Source of the DNA: an uncultured Gemmataceae bacterium
Lineage (GTDB): Bacteria; Planctomycetota; Planctomycetia; Gemmatales; Gemmataceae
Direction: 5' to 3'
Assembly: GCA_963750165.1 (NCBI GenBank)
Contig: CAVVPN010000003.1
Location: 1,664,001 to 1,728,000, forward strand
Length of the DNA: 64,000 bases
Below are positions 1-9,000 of this stretch, one piece after another (position 1 is the stretch's first letter; each line of letters starts with the position of its first letter). The notes beneath the pieces are model-generated. The model was not told the DNA's origin, ran no database searches, and saw nothing but the letters and a program-made list of their open reading frames with translations. Made by a program: the position numbers and the translations under genes.

Positions 1-1032
1 TTTGGCCTTGAGGCCCTTCAGGGCGGCCGGCGAACCCTCCGCGACGCTGCCGAGCACCACTCCTTCGCCGCGCCCCGCCGGGTCGAAGCCGACGCCCAGG
101 AAGCCATACTCGACTTCCTCGCCGCGGCGCAGCACGTCGATGATGCCCTTCATGCCGGCGTCGATGGGCACCGCGAAGCCGCCCGGTGTCTCGCCTCCGT
201 TTAGCCCTGCCAGAGCGCTGGTCAGGCCGATCAGCCGGCCGTTGAGGTCCAGCAGCGCCCCGCCGCTGCAGCCGACGTTGAGCCGCACATCGGTTTGCAG
301 CAGTGTGCCGTAGTGATGCAGCGTCTTGACGCGATCCTGCTCGCGCGGCGGCGACGGTGCCCGGCGGCGGACGTTGGCGATGATGCCGAATGAGGCGCTC
401 GGCTTGCCGTCGAAGAAGCCGGCGGCGAACGGGTTGGCCAGGGCGACGACGAACTGGCCGCGCTGCACCTTGTCGCCCGCGCCGAAGGGCAGCGGCCGCA
501 ATGTCTGTTTGCCGTCGATGAGACGCAGCACGGCCAGATCGCTGCGCGGGTCGGCGGCGTAAATGTCGGCGTAACCGCCCTTGTGCTCCGGCAGCCGCAC
601 GAAAACCTTGGTGGCATCGCGGACGACGTGGTAGTTGGTCAGGATCAGCCCCTTTGCGTCGAGGACGACGCCGCTGCCAAAGGCCTCGGGCACGTGAGCG
701 GGGTCGGCGAGATCGAGCTGTTTTTTGAGGCGGTCGCGCTTCGCGTCGGTCAGCTTGGCGGCGAGCGGGTGCTGGAGGAGCCGGTCCAGGTCGAGGGCGC
801 CGAGCTTGCCGGGCTGGTCGGCGGCGGGGCCCTGGTCGTAGTGCTGGTAGGCGTCGCTGCGCGAGACGAGAACGCAGGCGATGGAGGGCTCGGCGTCGTC
901 GATGACCTTCTGCACGACTTCCTGCAGGGCGAGGGCCTGTTTGAGCTGGGCGGCCTTGTCGTCCTGCTGCGCCGGCAGCGCCGCGGCGGTGACGAGGACG
1001 GCGAACAGGGTGGGCCAAAAGAATCGCGTCAT
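1..1032 (-). CDS. Trypsin-like (HtrA/DegP, S1C) serine protease with PDZ domain, runs off the window edge
   Basis: Hand translation from the ATG at 1032: signal peptide MTRFFWPTLFAVLVTAAALPA, then GSGVVLD..ILTNYHVV, DPRSDLAVL, LQTDVRLNVGCSGGALLDLNGRLIGL and YGFLGV leading into a PDZ. Missing from the ORF track because it has no stop in the window. Confidence 0.9.
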   Translation of the reverse strand, partial: MTRFFWPTLFAVLVTAAALPAQQDDKAAQLKQALALQEVVQKVIDDAEPSIACVLVSRSDAYQHYDQGPAADQPGKLGALDLDRLLQHPLAAKLTDAKRDRLKKQLDLADPAHVPEAFGSGVVLDAKGLILTNYHVVRDATKVFVRLPEHKGGYADIYAADPRSDLAVLRLIDGKQTLRPLPFGAGDKVQRGQFVVALANPFAAGFFDGKPSASFGIIANVRRRAPSPPREQDRVKTLHHYGTLLQTDVRLNVGCSGGALLDLNGRLIGLTSALAGLNGGETPGGFAVPIDAGMKGIIDVLRRGEEVEYGFLGVGFDPAGRGEGVVLGSVAEGSPAALKGLKAK

Positions 1033-1597
1033 GAGGCACCCATGTGCGAGGTTGGCGGCGGTACATCCTTGTTGTACCGCGACGGCGGTGGGCTTGCCAG
1101 CGTCCTTCGTTCTGCCGCTTGCGACTGCTGCACGGGATTGGAGCGGAAGGGGTCCAGGAGATGACGCCCCGAGTCCAGCGCCCGGAATTGAGCCGCCAGG
1201 TCAAACACCTCGTAACGCTTGACCTCACCGGGCTGGAGGATCTGAAAACGCTGCTCGGAGAGTTCGGAGAGGCCGTAACTCTCGACGCGGTAGGTATGGG
1301 GCAACTTGTGGCCATCGGGGCCAATGATGTCGATCAGCAGGTCGAGGTCCGGCGAGCCGGGGGCACGCAGAGATAGCGCTTCTTGTTGGAAGTATTTTTG
1401 ACCTCTACATGCACGGTGATGAGCTGACCGATCACGTAGGACGGTTGGACGAACACACGGCAGGCGATCCCGTCCCTGGGTTGCCCCCACGGGGCCTGGG
1501 CGTCGGCCTTTGCCGGTTGCGCGCGCGCCGCGCCGTTGGGCCAGGCCAGCAGCATCACCGCCAGAACGAGATGACCAAACAACGGCGTCGGCTTCAT
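1029..1597 (-). CDS. Secreted hypothetical protein, frameshifted near 1370
   Basis: ORF 1334-1597 gives a signal peptide plus WGQPRDGIACRV..ITVHVEVKNTSNKKRYL. Plausible coding continues in the 1029-1643 frame (IDIIGPDGHKLPHT..FQILQPGE). The stop overlaps the protease start (ATGA). Confidence 0.55.
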
Positions 1598-1691
1598 GGG
1601 ATCCTCCGAGTATTGCCGGCGTGGTGTTGACGCGCGCCGACACTATTTCCGGATTCCATTCCCTGGAAGGGCGTCCGTCCGGCGGACGCGG

Positions 1692-2600
1692 TTACAAACC
1701 TAGCTCTTCCAGCGATTGGATTTTGATGACCTGAAGAGCAGCCGACTGAAGGCGCTCCAGATCGTCGATGGCGTTGATCCGCGCCGCCAGGGCTTCGGGA
1801 AGTGCGCCGAATCGGTCCTCCAGCAACCGGCGCAACAGACTCCGATGTGCCCGCAATTCGCCTCGGACTTCGCCCCGGGCTTCCGCTTCGGCCTGCCACT
1901 CCAGCACCTGCTGCGATTGTTGCATGTTCCACTCCTTGAGGGCTTCCTTCCACTGCGGCCGGCAGCCAGTCAGTTCCGCGAACACCACGGCCAACGCGCC
2001 GTAGTCGCCGCGCTTGCGCGCCTCCGGTTCGGCCAGCGCGACCTCCTGCCACCGGGCGATTATACCGGCCTCACCGCCGCCACGCATCAGCGGTATGAAC
2101 GGCAGCGCGCACCGCGCCACCCGGGTCGCCGCGACCTCCTCCAGCGTCGCTGCCGCATCGTGGCGCGCCAGGTTGCATTCGGCCACTTGCAGGCACACCC
2201 GCATGCCGGCGCCGCCGAGCACGAAGTCGCGCGACGTGGCGCCGGCACCCGTGAGGTTGACCACGACCGCCCCCAGTTGGTAGCGGTCGCCGCGCTCCCC
2301 GGACGGCCGTTGCTGCCGCCACACGGCCCCGAGGTACTCCAGGAAGCGGTCGAACATGTCCGGGTCGGGCTCGCGCTGGAACTCGACGGGCACCGCCCAC
2401 GGCGGCCCGGGGTGTTCGGCGTCGTCCAGGCAAGCCACCGTGTCGCCGGCGCGGTCGCGCTCGCCGGGGAATGGCAGGTTGCGCGTGTCCAGCCAACGCA
2501 GGAAGCGCACGGTCGGCGACAGTCCGGGCAACAGCCAGCGCAGCAGCCCGAGTGGGTCGAGCCGGGCGGCGTACCGGCTGGCCTGGTCATACGGGTTCAT
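1692..2600 (-). CDS. Rpn/putative transposase-like (PD-(D/E)XK-related) hypothetical protein with DUF4351-like C-terminus
   Basis: N-terminal YDQASRY, central DTVA..PVEFQREPDPDMFDRFLEY, and C-terminal EARGEVRGE..LLRRLLEDRFGALPEALAARINAIDDLERL, typical of this family. Confidence 0.6.
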   Translation of the reverse strand: MNPYDQASRYAARLDPLGLLRWLLPGLSPTVRFLRWLDTRNLPFPGERDRAGDTVACLDDAEHPGPPWAVPVEFQREPDPDMFDRFLEYLGAVWRQQRPSGERGDRYQLGAVVVNLTGAGATSRDFVLGGAGMRVCLQVAECNLARHDAAATLEEVAATRVARCALPFIPLMRGGGEAGIIARWQEVALAEPEARKRGDYGALAVVFAELTGCRPQWKEALKEWNMQQSQQVLEWQAEAEARGEVRGELRAHRSLLRRLLEDRFGALPEALAARINAIDDLERLQSAALQVIKIQSLEELGL

Positions 2601-2808
2601 GGCCATGACACGCACCATCAATAGTTGCTTTTGTCCCGCCGTGCCAGCGCCTCCGGCACTGCCGACGTGCTCCGTGGGATGCGGGGGTTAACGTACCCGA
2701 ACGGGCAAGCCCGTCCCAGGGAAAAATGATGGGCCCCTTGCCCAGCAGGCATTGGTTGGTACACCCCAAAGAACGGGAGCGCGCGACGCTTTTCCGCCGG
2801 CCCTGCCC

Positions 2809-2836
2809 TTGACGGGACCAGCCCTACCCTTATGAT
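2809..2836 (+). promoter_or_regulatory. Sigma70-type promoter of rplM-rpsI
   Basis: TTGACG-16 nt-TATGAT about 40 nt upstream of rplM. Confidence 0.65.
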
Positions 2837-2877
2837 TACAATTTCCTGAACCGCCGTTTGGAAACGCAGGTAGAGCA

Positions 2878-3318
2878 ATGACCACGTACATGGCCCGCAA
2901 AGAGGATCTCGAGCCGCGCTGGCACGTCATCGACGCGGCCAACCAGGTCGTCGGCCGCCTGGCGGTGGTGATCGCCAACATCCTCCGCGGCAAGCACCGT
3001 CCCGAGTACACGCCGCACCAGGATCTCGGCGATTACGTCATCGTCATCAACGCCAGCAAGGTGCGCTTCACCGGCAAGAAGTGGGACACCAAGTCGTACC
3101 AGGCGTACTCGCACTACCCTGGCGGCCTGAAGATCACGCCGGCCCGCGAGGTGCTCGCCAAGCATCCGGAGCGTATCCTGGAAACGGCGGTGCGGCGCAT
3201 GGTGCCGCGCAACAAACTCGGCCGGCAGCAGATGGGCAAGCTGAAAATCTACGCCGGCAGCGAGCATCCGCACCAGGCCCAGCAACCGACCCGGTACAGT
3301 CTCGACAACATGAAGTAA
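2878..3318 (+). CDS. rplM: 50S ribosomal protein L13
   Basis: WHVIDA..VGRLA..LRGKHRPEYTPHQDLGDYVIVINA..HPHQAQQP. Confidence 0.99.
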   Translation: MTTYMARKEDLEPRWHVIDAANQVVGRLAVVIANILRGKHRPEYTPHQDLGDYVIVINASKVRFTGKKWDTKSYQAYSHYPGGLKITPAREVLAKHPERILETAVRRMVPRNKLGRQQMGKLKIYAGSEHPHQAQQPTRYSLDNMK

Positions 3319-3331
3319 GGGGAGCGCAGCC

Positions 3332-3799
3332 GTGGCTGACACGAAGCAGAAGACGTACAACGGCACCGGCCGCCGCAAGACCGCGGTGGCCCGGGTGCGC
3401 CTGGTCGAGGGCGGCACCGGCAAGATCGCCATCAATGGCCGCGAACTGGAGCACTTCTTCACCGAGGACAAGGACCGCAACGCCGTCGTCGGCCCGCTGC
3501 TGGTAACGGAGATGCGGACTCGCGTCGATGTACTGGTGAGCGTGCAGGGCGGCGGCATCACCGGCCAGGCCGGTGCCATCAGCCAGGGCGTCGCCCGCGC
3601 CCTCAAGGTGATGTTCGGCATCACGGCGCCGGCGGAGCCGGCGGGCTCCGCGGAGACCGACGGCGACGGCGAGGTGGCGGGCGGCATCGCCAAGAAGCTG
3701 CGCGACTCCGGCTACCTCACCCGCGACGGCCGCATGAAGGAACGCAAGAAGTACGGCCGCAAGGGGGCCCGCAAGAGCTTCCAGTTCTCGAAACGCTGA
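3332..3799 (+). CDS. rpsI: 30S ribosomal protein S9
   Basis: GTGRRKTAVARV, GGGITGQAGAI, LTRDGRMKERKKYG..ARKSFQFSKR; GTG start; directly follows rplM. Confidence 0.99.
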   Translation: MADTKQKTYNGTGRRKTAVARVRLVEGGTGKIAINGRELEHFFTEDKDRNAVVGPLLVTEMRTRVDVLVSVQGGGITGQAGAISQGVARALKVMFGITAPAEPAGSAETDGDGEVAGGIAKKLRDSGYLTRDGRMKERKKYGRKGARKSFQFSKR

Positions 3800-3916
3800 C
3801 GCCCGAGGTCAGAAGTCAGAGATCAGAGGTCAGGGGTGCGGCGCCGGGTAATTGCCCCGCGTTGCACCCCTGGCTGCTTTTCTGACTTCTGACCTCTGAC
3901 CTCTGACCTCGGGCGT
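3799..3916. repeat. Inverted array of 7-mer repeats forming a long hairpin after rpsI (possible terminator)
   Basis: acgcccgaggtcagaagtcagagatcagaggtcag ... ctgacttctgacctctgacctctgacctcgggcgt followed by a T run. Confidence 0.8.
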
Positions 3917-3992
3917 TTTGCCCTTGAAACCGCGCCGGCGCATGGTAGCCTGGAAAGCTGTTTCCACCGTCTATCACCAACGCTGACAAGGC

Positions 3993-4385
3993 ATGGACAT
4001 CCCCATGACACCAGACCTCAGCCAGGACCAGTCGTTCCACATTGAGCGCCACGGCGAAGTGGCCGTGGTGGTGCCGTCGCCGAAGGTCGAGGAGATGCCC
4101 GAACCGCTCATCGCCCAGGCCGCCAAGCTCGTGGTCAACTCTCTCAAGGAAGACCCGCCGGCCGGTATCGTCATCGACCTCAGCCAGATCCACTACGTCG
4201 GCTCCGTGTTCGTCTCCTTCCTGCTGCGCTGCCACATGCTGGCCAAGAAGCAGGGCAGTGAGATCGTTCTGGCCGGCGCCTCGGAGCCGGCGCGGGAGTT
4301 GCTGCACTTACTGGACCTGGAGACCATCTGGGCCCTGTACCCCAACCGCAAGGAGGCCGTGGAGGCCCTGAGCGGTTCGGACTGA
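3993..4385 (+). CDS. STAS-domain anti-sigma factor antagonist
   Basis: IVIDLSQIHYVGSVFVSFLL..IVLAGASEPARELLHLLDLETIW, 130 aa. Confidence 0.9.
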   Translation: MDIPMTPDLSQDQSFHIERHGEVAVVVPSPKVEEMPEPLIAQAAKLVVNSLKEDPPAGIVIDLSQIHYVGSVFVSFLLRCHMLAKKQGSEIVLAGASEPARELLHLLDLETIWALYPNRKEAVEALSGSD

Positions 4386-4391
4386 ATTGCG

Positions 4392-4481
4392 AATTGCAAA
4401 TTTGAGATTGCAGATTGCAAATTGAAAGACGGCAACGCTTCTGTCTTTCAATTTGCAATCCGCAATCTCAAATTTGCAATT
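4392..4481. repeat. AT-rich 7-mer-based inverted repeat (39-bp arms)
   Basis: aattgcaaatttgagattgcagattgcaaattgaaagac / gtctttcaatttgcaatccgcaatctcaaatttgcaatt. Confidence 0.85.
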
Positions 4482-4494
4482 GAAGGACACGGTG

Positions 4495-5556
4495 ATGGAT
4501 CAGCATGACAACGAGGAGGTCGGCCTGCCGATGGCCCGGCCGGTGCCGGACCCGCCAGCAGCCCCCGTCCCGCCGGTCCCGCCCCGGCCGTCGCGCCAGC
4601 CCCTGGCCGTCGAGCAGATGGTGGCGCAAATCAAGGAAACCGCCGACAAACTCATCCGCGATCACGCCAGCCGCGGCGATGTGAAGCTGCTCAGCACCGC
4701 GCTGCGCGAGTTGCGTTACGCCTTCAAAATCTTCGCGCCGTATCGCACGCGCCGCAAGGTGACGGTGTTCGGCTCGGCCCGGCTGCCGCAGGAGCACCCG
4801 GCTTGCGTGCAGGCGCGCGAGTTTGGCCGGCGCGTCGCCGAGGCCGGCTGGATGGTCATCACCGGAGCGGCGCACGGCATCATGGAGGCGGGCCACGTCG
4901 GCGCCGGCCGCGAGAACAGCATCGGCGTCAACATCCTGCTGCCCTTCGAGCAGGAGGCCAACGCCGTCATCCGCGGCGACACCAAGCTGATGCACCTCAA
5001 ATATTTCTTCACGCGCAAGCTCCTCTTTCTGAAGGAGTCCGACGCCATCGCCCTGTTCGCGGGCGGCTTCGGCACGCAGGACGAGGGCTACGAGGTGCTG
5101 ACGTTGTTGCAGACCGGCAAGAGTCAGATGTTCCCCATTGTCATGGTGGAGGAACCCGGCGGCGACTACTGGGCGAAGTGGCTGGAGTTCGTCCGCGACG
5201 TGCTGGTGCCGCGCCGCCTGATCTCGCCGGACGACCTGCACCTGTTCAAGGTCACGGACCACCTCGACGAGGCGGTGACGGAAGTGCTGGGCTTCTACCG
5301 CGTCTACCACAGCATGCGCTACGTCCACCGCGACCTGGTGCTGCGCTTGCAGAAGCCGCTCAGCGATGATCTGCTGCAGCGCATCCGAACCGACTTCCAG
5401 GACATTTTGAAGGCCGGCACGTTCGAGCAGAGCGGGCCGCTGCCGGAAGAGGCCGACGAGCCGGACCTGGCGAGTCTGTCGCGGTTGCGGTTCTGTTTCG
5501 ACCGCCACCACCAGGGGCGACTGCGGCTGCTCATCAACCTCATCAACCAGGCGTGA
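4495..5556 (+). CDS. LOG family (nucleotide phosphoribohydrolase-like) protein
   Basis: VTVFGSAR, VITGAAHGIMEAG, YFFTRKLLF, GGFGTQDE. Confidence 0.92.
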   Translation: MDQHDNEEVGLPMARPVPDPPAAPVPPVPPRPSRQPLAVEQMVAQIKETADKLIRDHASRGDVKLLSTALRELRYAFKIFAPYRTRRKVTVFGSARLPQEHPACVQAREFGRRVAEAGWMVITGAAHGIMEAGHVGAGRENSIGVNILLPFEQEANAVIRGDTKLMHLKYFFTRKLLFLKESDAIALFAGGFGTQDEGYEVLTLLQTGKSQMFPIVMVEEPGGDYWAKWLEFVRDVLVPRRLISPDDLHLFKVTDHLDEAVTEVLGFYRVYHSMRYVHRDLVLRLQKPLSDDLLQRIRTDFQDILKAGTFEQSGPLPEEADEPDLASLSRLRFCFDRHHQGRLRLLINLINQA

Positions 5557-5572
5557 CCCCGCTTGTCTCTGA

Positions 5573-5630
5573 TCGGAGCCCGAGCGCCAGCGCGGGGCCG
5601 CTGGGCCCCGCGCTGGCGCTCGGGCTCCGA
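5573..5630. repeat. REP-like perfect hairpin (27-bp stem)
   Basis: tcggagcccgagcgccagcgcggggcc-gctg-ggccccgcgctggcgctcgggctccga; the left arm recurs at 58225-58248. Confidence 0.85.
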
Positions 5631-5707
5631 CCCACCATGAATGGCCAAGGCACTGCCCCCGTCAGGCCGCCTCTGCCTCGATCCACCTTTTTTTTCGCGG
5701 AGCGCGC

Positions 5708-5735
5708 TTGACTTCCGGTGTGCTGCCCCTATAGT
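5708..5735 (+). promoter_or_regulatory. Sigma70-type promoter of the DUF1559-MFS-PhyH-ArsI operon
   Basis: TTGACT-16 nt-TATAGT, 75 nt upstream of the ATG at 5811. Confidence 0.6.
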
Positions 5736-5810
5736 GATGACGCTTGTACGATTGTTTGATTGTTGGAACGTCCTGCCCGCCTCATTCCCCACGCCCCCCG
5801 GAGGTGCCCC

Positions 5811-6866
5811 ATGCGACCGCGCCAGGGTTTCACGCTGATCGAGCTACTGGTGGTCATCGCCATCATCGCCATCCTCATCGGCCTGCTCCTGCCGGCGGTG
5901 CAGAAGGTCCGGGAGGCGGCGGCCCGCGCCCAGTGCGAGAACAACCTCAAACAGCTCGGTCTGGCCATGCACAACTACGAGTCGGCCAACAAGAAGTTCC
6001 CGCCGTCATTCAAGGGCACCCTGGCGCCGATCAACGCCGCTTATGCGACCTATCCCGGCTACTTCTTCAGCTGGTCGGCCCTGGCGTTCCTCAACCCCTA
6101 CCTGGAACAGACCAACATCTACAACAACATGGACCTGACGCTGCCGATCTACACGCTGCCCAACTACACCATCTCGGCGGCCAATCAGTTCGCCGTCACG
6201 CAGGTGGTGCCGCTGTTCCTGTGCCCCAGCGATCAACAGCAGCCGGTCAGCAGTGCCTACGGCGTCACCAACATGGGCCCGACCAACTACGCGGTGTGCG
6301 TCGGCACCGGCACCACCAACGGCGGCGCCCCCTACGGCTCGCTGTACAACGCCGACGGCATGTTTCAGGCCCAGCAGTTCACCCGGGCGACGGACGTGCG
6401 CGACGGCCTGAGCAACACCGCCATGCTGTCCGAGAGCACCCTCGGCGAGGGCGACGAGAACACCATGGGCGCGGCCCCCAGCGGCGGCACGCTGCAAACC
6501 ACTTACCAGTATGTCGCGTTCGGCACGGCGCTGACGCCGGGCAGTTGCGCCGCGGCGACGAACTGGAACAACGCCAACCGCCGTGGTTTCATGTGGGCCT
6601 CCGGTGAGATGCGCTGTCGCCTCGTACAACCACTACCTGACGCCCAACGCACCGACGCCGGACTGCATCACCAACGACATCAACCCCGGCCCCGGGCAGT
6701 ACACGTCGATCGGCTTCCGCGGGCGCGCAGCCGGCACGCCGGCGGCGTCAACCTGGTGCTCGGCGACGGCTCGGTGCGCTTCGTGTCCAACGGCATCCAG
6801 GCCGCCACCTGGCAGGCGCTGGCCACCCGCGCCGGCGGCGACATCCTTACCAACCCGGACTTTTGA
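5811..6866 (+). CDS. DUF1559 protein (prepilin-type N-terminus, H-X9-DG C-terminus) with two compensating frameshifts at about 6618 and 6722
   Basis: [65 protein letters not shown]. The family-like segment [12 protein letters not shown] lies in the alternative frame (6583 ORF). Confidence 0.93.
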   Translation: MRPRQGFTLIELLVVIAIIAILIGLLLPAVQKVREAAARAQCENNLKQLGLAMHNYESANKKFPPSFKGTLAPINAAYATYPGYFFSWSALAFLNPYLEQTNIYNNMDLTLPIYTLPNYTISAANQFAVTQVVPLFLCPSDQQQPVSSAYGVTNMGPTNYAVCVGTGTTNGGAPYGSLYNADGMFQAQQFTRATDVRDGLSNTAMLSESTLGEGDENTMGAAPSGGTLQTTYQYVAFGTALTPGSCAAATNWNNANRRGFMWASGEMRCRLVQPLPDAQRTDAGLHHQRHQPRPRAVHVDRLPRARSRHAGGVNLVLGDGSVRFVSNGIQAATWQALATRAGGDILTNPDF

Positions 6867-6896
6867 GCACGTGGCAAGTTTGAGGAGTCCGTCGCA

Positions 6897-8252
6897 ATGG
6901 CCGTCCTGACCGAGTCGCGTCCGCTGGTTGTCGCACTGCCCTGGCGCTGGGTGCATGTCGCCGTCGCGGCGCTGGCGATGGTGGCGACGCTGCCCGGCCG
7001 CACCCACGGCCTCGGCCTCATCACCGAACCGTTGCTGGCGGACTTCCAGCTGGGCCGCCTCGCTTACGCCGCCATCAACTTCTGGGCGACGCTCCTCGGC
7101 GCCGTCTTCTGCGTGCCCTGGGGCTGGCTGACCGACCGCCTCGGCGTCCGCGCCGTGCTCAGCGCCACGCTGCTCGGTCTTGGCGCCGTTGTCGTCGCCA
7201 TGAGTCTGCTGCCGGGCGCGGCGGAAACGACGGGGCCATCGGTGGCGGTGGCGTCGCTGCTGTTCGCGCTCGTACTGCTGACGCGCGGCCTGGGCCAGAG
7301 CGCCCTGTCGGTGGTCAGCCTGGCACTGATGGGCCGCGCCGCCGGCCGGCACTCCGGTCTGACCGTCGGCGTTTATTCGCTGCTGACCGGCCTGGGCTTC
7401 ATGGCCGCGTATGTGGCGATCCGCCAGGTGCTGTTAAATTGGGATGTCTCCTGGCGGTTACTCTGGGAGAGCATTGGCTGGGTGCTCATCGGCGTCGCCG
7501 TGCCGGTCTGGTTGGTGGTGCGGCCCACCGCCCTCGCGGTGTCGCCCACCGACCGGATCGCGGCCGACGCCGCCGGCTACACCCTCGGCGAAGCGCTGGC
7601 CACGCCCGCCTTCTGGGTCTTCGGCCTGGCCACGTCGTTTTACGGCCTGATCGCCGCAGGCATCTCGCTGTTCAACCAGAGCATCCTTGCGGAGCGCGGC
7701 TTCGACCGCGAACTGTTTCTGACCATCACCGCCCTGGCGCCGCTGGTCGGCCTGGCCAGCAACCTGGCGACCGGCGGCCTGGCGATGCGCTGGTCGTACG
7801 GCCGACTGCTGATGATCGCCATGCTGCTGCTCGCCCTGGCCCTGGCGGTCTTCCCGCTGGTGCAGACGGTGGCGCAGGTGTACGCTTACGCGGTGACGCT
7901 GGGCATCGCCGGCGGCATGGTGACGACCCTCTTCTTCGGCGTCTGGAGCCGCTACTACGGCCAGGCCCACCTCGGCAAGATCCAGGGCGCCGCCCAGATG
8001 TTGACCGTGTTCGCCTCGGCGCTCGGCCCGGTACTGCTGGCCGCCAGCCAGCACTGGACGGACTCGTACACGCCGTTGTTCCAGGGTGCCGCCGCGGTCG
8101 CCGGCTTGCTGGCGCTGGCCGCCTGGCTGACGCCGTCGCCCCGCGCCCCGATTTTCCTTCGCCTCACCCCCGACGAGGTTCCCCATGACGCCGGCCACCC
8201 TGACCCCCTTGCCACCGCCGTCCGCGGCGCGGAAGAGCGACTACGACCGTGA
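6897..8252 (+). CDS. MFS transporter
   Basis: About 12 hydrophobic segments, motif A-like GWLTDRLGVR, and YYGQAHLGKIQG. Confidence 0.9.
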   Translation: MAVLTESRPLVVALPWRWVHVAVAALAMVATLPGRTHGLGLITEPLLADFQLGRLAYAAINFWATLLGAVFCVPWGWLTDRLGVRAVLSATLLGLGAVVVAMSLLPGAAETTGPSVAVASLLFALVLLTRGLGQSALSVVSLALMGRAAGRHSGLTVGVYSLLTGLGFMAAYVAIRQVLLNWDVSWRLLWESIGWVLIGVAVPVWLVVRPTALAVSPTDRIAADAAGYTLGEALATPAFWVFGLATSFYGLIAAGISLFNQSILAERGFDRELFLTITALAPLVGLASNLATGGLAMRWSYGRLLMIAMLLLALALAVFPLVQTVAQVYAYAVTLGIAGGMVTTLFFGVWSRYYGQAHLGKIQGAAQMLTVFASALGPVLLAASQHWTDSYTPLFQGAAAVAGLLALAAWLTPSPRAPIFLRLTPDEVPHDAGHPDPLATAVRGAEERLRP

Positions 8253-8982
8253 CGGCTTCGTGATCGTCCGCGGTCTGTTCGGCGCTGACGACATCGCCGC
8301 GGCCCTGGCCGAGGCGGAGCGTCTGCTGGTCGAACGCCGCGATTTGATCTCGACCAAAAATATCCGCTGTCGCTGGCAGCCGAACGTCGTCACCGGCGCC
8401 GCCTGCGAGTTCGAGACCTTCGACCCCATCGTGGACCTCGTGCCAGTATGCCGGCGGCTGGCCCTGGACGCGCGGCTGCTGGCCGTGCTGGCGGAACTGT
8501 ACGGCGAGCCCGCGTGCCTGTTCAAGGACAAGCTCATTTACAAGCCGCCGGGCGTGAAGGGTTACGGTCTGCACCAGGACTGGATCGCCTGGCCGGGCTT
8601 TCCACGCAGCTTCCTGACGGTGCTCATGCCCTTCGACGCGGCCGGCGTGGACAACGGCTGCACGGAGGTGTTTCCCGGCTACCACACGCACGGCAGTCTG
8701 TCGGCCGAGGACGGCCAGTATCACGAGTTGCCGGCGGCCACCGTGGACGAGGCGAAGGGCGTGCCGCTGGAGCTGGAGCCAGGCGACGTGGCGATTTTCG
8801 GCGGCTTCACGCCGCACCGCTCCGCTCCGAATCGCTCGCCGCGCTGGCGACGGCAGCTGTATCTTAGCTATAACAAACTGTCGGACGGCGGCGAACAGCG
8901 GGCGAAGCACTATGATGAATTTCACCGCTGGCTGCGCGTGAAGTACGCGGAGTATAACAAGACCGACGTCTACTTCGAGTGA
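8185..8982 (+). CDS. Phytanoyl-CoA dioxygenase family Fe(II)/2-oxoglutarate dioxygenase
   Basis: YDRDGFVIVRGLF, KPPG..LHQD, NGCTEVFPG.H, LEPGDVAIF..PHRSAPNRS..RR. Confidence 0.92.
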   Translation: MTPATLTPLPPPSAARKSDYDRDGFVIVRGLFGADDIAAALAEAERLLVERRDLISTKNIRCRWQPNVVTGAACEFETFDPIVDLVPVCRRLALDARLLAVLAELYGEPACLFKDKLIYKPPGVKGYGLHQDWIAWPGFPRSFLTVLMPFDAAGVDNGCTEVFPGYHTHGSLSAEDGQYHELPAATVDEAKGVPLELEPGDVAIFGGFTPHRSAPNRSPRWRRQLYLSYNKLSDGGEQRAKHYDEFHRWLRVKYAEYNKTDVYFE

Positions 8983-9000
8983 CCACTGAGGAATTCTCCC

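Noticed and set aside
1692..2600. Calling the Rpn-like gene an IS element
   Set aside because: No terminal inverted repeats, target duplication or DDE/HUH motif were seen.
5738..5772. Possible ArsR-type operator downstream of the promoter (gtacgattgtttgattgttggaac)
   Set aside because: The dyad symmetry is too weak to call and no cognate regulator is nearby.
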